From: an uncultured Ectothiorhodospiraceae bacterium
Lineage (GTDB): Bacteria > Pseudomonadota > Gammaproteobacteria > JAABTG01
NCBI GenBank assembly: GCA_964461215.1
Contig: CAYWTP010000005.1
Coordinates: forward strand, 1 to 37,499
Length of the DNA stretch: 37,499 nucleotides
Reading direction: 5' to 3'
Under the pieces are notes generated by a model that did not search any database, was not told the DNA's origin, and saw only the letters and a list, made by a program, of their open reading frames with translations. Position numbers and translations under genes: made by a program. Positions 35,158-37,499 of this stretch are shown here, piece after piece; within the stretch, counting starts at the first letter, position 1, and each line of letters begins with the position of its first letter.

Positions 35158-36720
35158 GTGAAGACAAAGCGCGTCTGGAGCCCACCCGAAACTCCGGACA
35201 CCAGCAACATGACCCGATTCCTCTGGGCGGTGGACATGGCCTACGGCCCGGGACTTACCGGCTACGCGGCACTCCACCAGTGGTCGGTAGAGCAGCCGGA
35301 AGTCTTCTGGCCGGCTGCGTGGGAGTTCTGCGAGCTGGCGGCCTCGAGGCCGTGGGACCGTGTCATGGTGCCCGAGGCCGGCCCATTCTCAGTCGGCTGG
35401 TTCGAAGGCGCCCGGCTGAACTTCGCCCAGAATTTGCTGCGCCACGAGGACGACTCCACCGCCCTGGTCGGAACCACTGCCGGCGGCGTACGACAGGCGA
35501 TCAGCTACCGTGAGCTGCGTGCGCGGGTGCTGCGTGTGACCGATGCTCTGCGCACGCGCGGCGTTGCCCCCGGAGACCGGATCGCCGCCTACGTCCATGC
35601 TCAGCCGGAGGCCGCAGTGAGCATGCTGGCCGTGGCCTCCATCGGCGCCATCTGGGCAGGCTGCCCGGCCCATCTGGACCCTGAAATCGCCATCCGACGC
35701 TTCACTCGGATCGAGCCCAAGGTGCTGTTGGTCACGGGATCCGTAGATCCGGGGGTTCAGGACAGCGCCTGGCCGCGAGGGGCGCAAGCCATCCGCGAGG
35801 CACTACCCACCGTCACCCTACCCATCGCCGTGACGGCCTCACGGACGGCCCTGGACGGCTTCTTCGCCTATGGCGACCTGGAGGCGGGCACGAGCCCCGC
35901 CGAAGCCCGCTTCGAGCAGCTTCCCTTCGATCATCCACTCTACATCACCTATCCGCCGGGAGCTTCGGGACCCAGGCCCCTGATGCACTCGGCGGGCGGA
36001 GCCCTGCTGGAAAACCTCAAGCAACTGGTACTGCACGGCAACTTGCACCGTTCGGACAAGCTGCTCTACGACACCTGCTGCGACACGGTCCTGTGGCCCT
36101 GGGCGTTGTGTGCCCTGGCTGTGGGCGCGTGCGTGCACCTTCATCACCGCGCCGGCTCAAGCGCACGCAATGGGCTGGATCTTGATCTGCTGGCACGTGA
36201 GAGCATCACCGTGTTCGGAACCGGCACCAGGACTCTGTCGCGAGCCGCCGAACGGAATCTCCGGCCGGCGGAACGCCAGGACCTCTCCAGACTACGAGCC
36301 ATCCTGTGTCACGGCTCCCCCGCCACCCCCGCGCACTTCGATTACGTCCGGACTTTGGGCGCGCAGGTGCAGCTTGCGGCGATTGCGGGCCGGGACGAGA
36401 CCGTATGCGGCTTCGGCCTGGGCAACTCCGATCTTCCCGTCTACCGCGGAGAGGTTCAGTGCCGCGGCCTGGGGCTGGACGTCCAGGTCGTGGACCATTC
36501 CTGCACGCCCGTGCGCAATCGAGGGGGACACTTGGTCTGCCGGCTTCCCTTCCCTTCGATGCCGGTGGGATTCTGGGACGATCTCGATCGCCAGGCCTAT
36601 CGCACGGCCTTCCTGAGCACGTGTGCAGGCGCGTGGTCCCAGGGTGACCGGGCGCGGATGACGGGCCATGACGGCATCACTCTCCTACCCGGGCTCGCGG
36701 CGACCGCAGCTGAGCGCTGA
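35158..36720 (+). CDS. Degenerate, C-terminally truncated acetoacetyl-CoA synthetase homologue
   Basis: Y..LHQWSV..PE.FW, WFEGARLNFAQNLL, LPFDHPLYI, GEVQCRGLG, PFPSMPVGFW.D and W.QGD. The AMP-binding loop is altered and the C-terminal domain is absent. Confidence 0.75.
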   Translation: MKTKRVWSPPETPDTSNMTRFLWAVDMAYGPGLTGYAALHQWSVEQPEVFWPAAWEFCELAASRPWDRVMVPEAGPFSVGWFEGARLNFAQNLLRHEDDSTALVGTTAGGVRQAISYRELRARVLRVTDALRTRGVAPGDRIAAYVHAQPEAAVSMLAVASIGAIWAGCPAHLDPEIAIRRFTRIEPKVLLVTGSVDPGVQDSAWPRGAQAIREALPTVTLPIAVTASRTALDGFFAYGDLEAGTSPAEARFEQLPFDHPLYITYPPGASGPRPLMHSAGGALLENLKQLVLHGNLHRSDKLLYDTCCDTVLWPWALCALAVGACVHLHHRAGSSARNGLDLDLLARESITVFGTGTRTLSRAAERNLRPAERQDLSRLRAILCHGSPATPAHFDYVRTLGAQVQLAAIAGRDETVCGFGLGNSDLPVYRGEVQCRGLGLDVQVVDHSCTPVRNRGGHLVCRLPFPSMPVGFWDDLDRQAYRTAFLSTCAGAWSQGDRARMTGHDGITLLPGLAATAAER

Positions 36721-36786
36721 AACGTGCATCAGATCCCGCCACCGACCCGGCCCGCCGGTGCGGCCTGAGGGAACGCTGCGCCCAGT

Positions 36787-36847
36787 ATAGTTGACTAATC
36801 AAATCAACCTCTGTAAAAAGATATATCCTAGTAGTGCAGTAGGGCTT
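36787..36847 (+). promoter_or_regulatory. Sigma-70 promoter overlapped by two IscR/Rrf2-type boxes
   Basis: ATAGTTGACTAATCAAATCAACCTC (36787-36811, type-1 IscR-like) contains TTGACT, followed after 17 nt by TAAAAA. Second box ATATCCTAGTAGTGCAGTAGGGCTT at 36823-36847. Confidence 0.65.
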
Positions 36848-36898
36848 TTAAGCCTGTTTTCTGTCAGGTAACCCACCAAACGAGCGAGGGTGAACGCC

Positions 36899-37360
36899 AT
36901 GAGACTATCCGCCAAGAGCCGCCACGCCGTGGCCGCCATGATTGACCTGGGGATCAAGTCCGCAAAGAGACCCGTAGCGCTCGTGGACATTCTCGATGAC
37001 CATGACATCTCCTTGTCCTATCTCGAGCAGATCTTCAGCCGCCTGAAGGACCACGGGCTGGTGGAAGGCATTCGCGGCCCACGCGGCGGTTACCGCCTGC
37101 CCCGCGATGCTCGGGAAATCACAGTGGCGCAAATCGTAAACGCCGTGGAAGACGTCAGCTACCGGGGCCGCAAGAGCCGCTTGACCGGCCAGAAGTCCGA
37201 GGCTCACGTCCTGTGGGATGACCTGAGCCAGCAGATCATGGGCTTCCTAGGCGCAATGTCCCTGGCAGATCTGCTGCAGAAGGCCAACGTCCCCGCGCTT
37301 ACCCGCCACGGTGGGCGGCGTTACTACGACGACTACCTGCACCGTCGGCGCGCGGCCTGA
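36899..37360 (+). CDS. Rrf2-family regulator, IscR-like but cysteine-less
   Basis: MRLSAKSRHAV.AM.DL, ISLSYLEQIFSRL, RGPRGGYRL and H.LWDDLS.QI..FL; no Cys in the protein. Confidence 0.9.
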   Translation: MRLSAKSRHAVAAMIDLGIKSAKRPVALVDILDDHDISLSYLEQIFSRLKDHGLVEGIRGPRGGYRLPRDAREITVAQIVNAVEDVSYRGRKSRLTGQKSEAHVLWDDLSQQIMGFLGAMSLADLLQKANVPALTRHGGRRYYDDYLHRRRAA

Positions 37361-37499
37361 ATGCGCCCCGCTGGTCCCGCCAGCGTCCGGTACGCAGCGG
37401 TACCGGCGGCGCGGATCCCTTTGCCGGTCCTTCCGCTCCCAAGCCTTGCAGCGCTCTGCTAACCTTTCCCCCTTAAGGCGACACTGTCGCCGTATCATT

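Noticed and set aside
1-37499. CRISPR array, rRNA or tRNA genes
   Set aside because: No regularly spaced repeats with unique spacers and no recognisable structural RNA genes seen.

Overview
GC-rich bacterial chromosomal window, most consistent with a gammaproteobacterium; the ppiA-ppiB-lpxH order, IscR-like and PhoQ-like genes support this. In order it contains: the 3' end of a transglutaminase-family gene; two paralogous secreted DUF4139-type genes; and an approximately 3.7 kb decayed defence islet. The islet holds type I R-M hsdR/hsdM/hsdS remnants, a split wHTH-nuclease gene and an intact VapBC-type TA pair, with REP doublets at its left edge. Next come an HTH-[2Fe-2S]-FNR-type reductase fusion, an OmpR-family two-component pair with a small secreted PsiF-like protein, and a hemerythrin-like protein. 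These are followed by a minus-strand run of ExeA-like ATPase-OmpA fusion, DUF2760, two atypical Hsp70s and GH57. The rest is ppiA-ppiB-lpxH, a Rossmann-fold protein and GT2, a ferritin-like protein, a tungstate/Moco cluster (moeA, moeA-PBP, tupBCA, mop, HTH-PBP regulator), an orphan PhoQ-like kinase, a degenerate acetoacetyl-CoA synthetase homologue and a cysteine-less IscR-like regulator with IscR-type boxes. The best candidate for a poorly characterised system is the DUF2760/Hsp70/Hsp70-DUF3731 module. Other notable points are the pattern of internal deletions in the R-M islet and a 214-bp multi-hairpin element. All family assignments come from motif recognition by eye; no searches were run.
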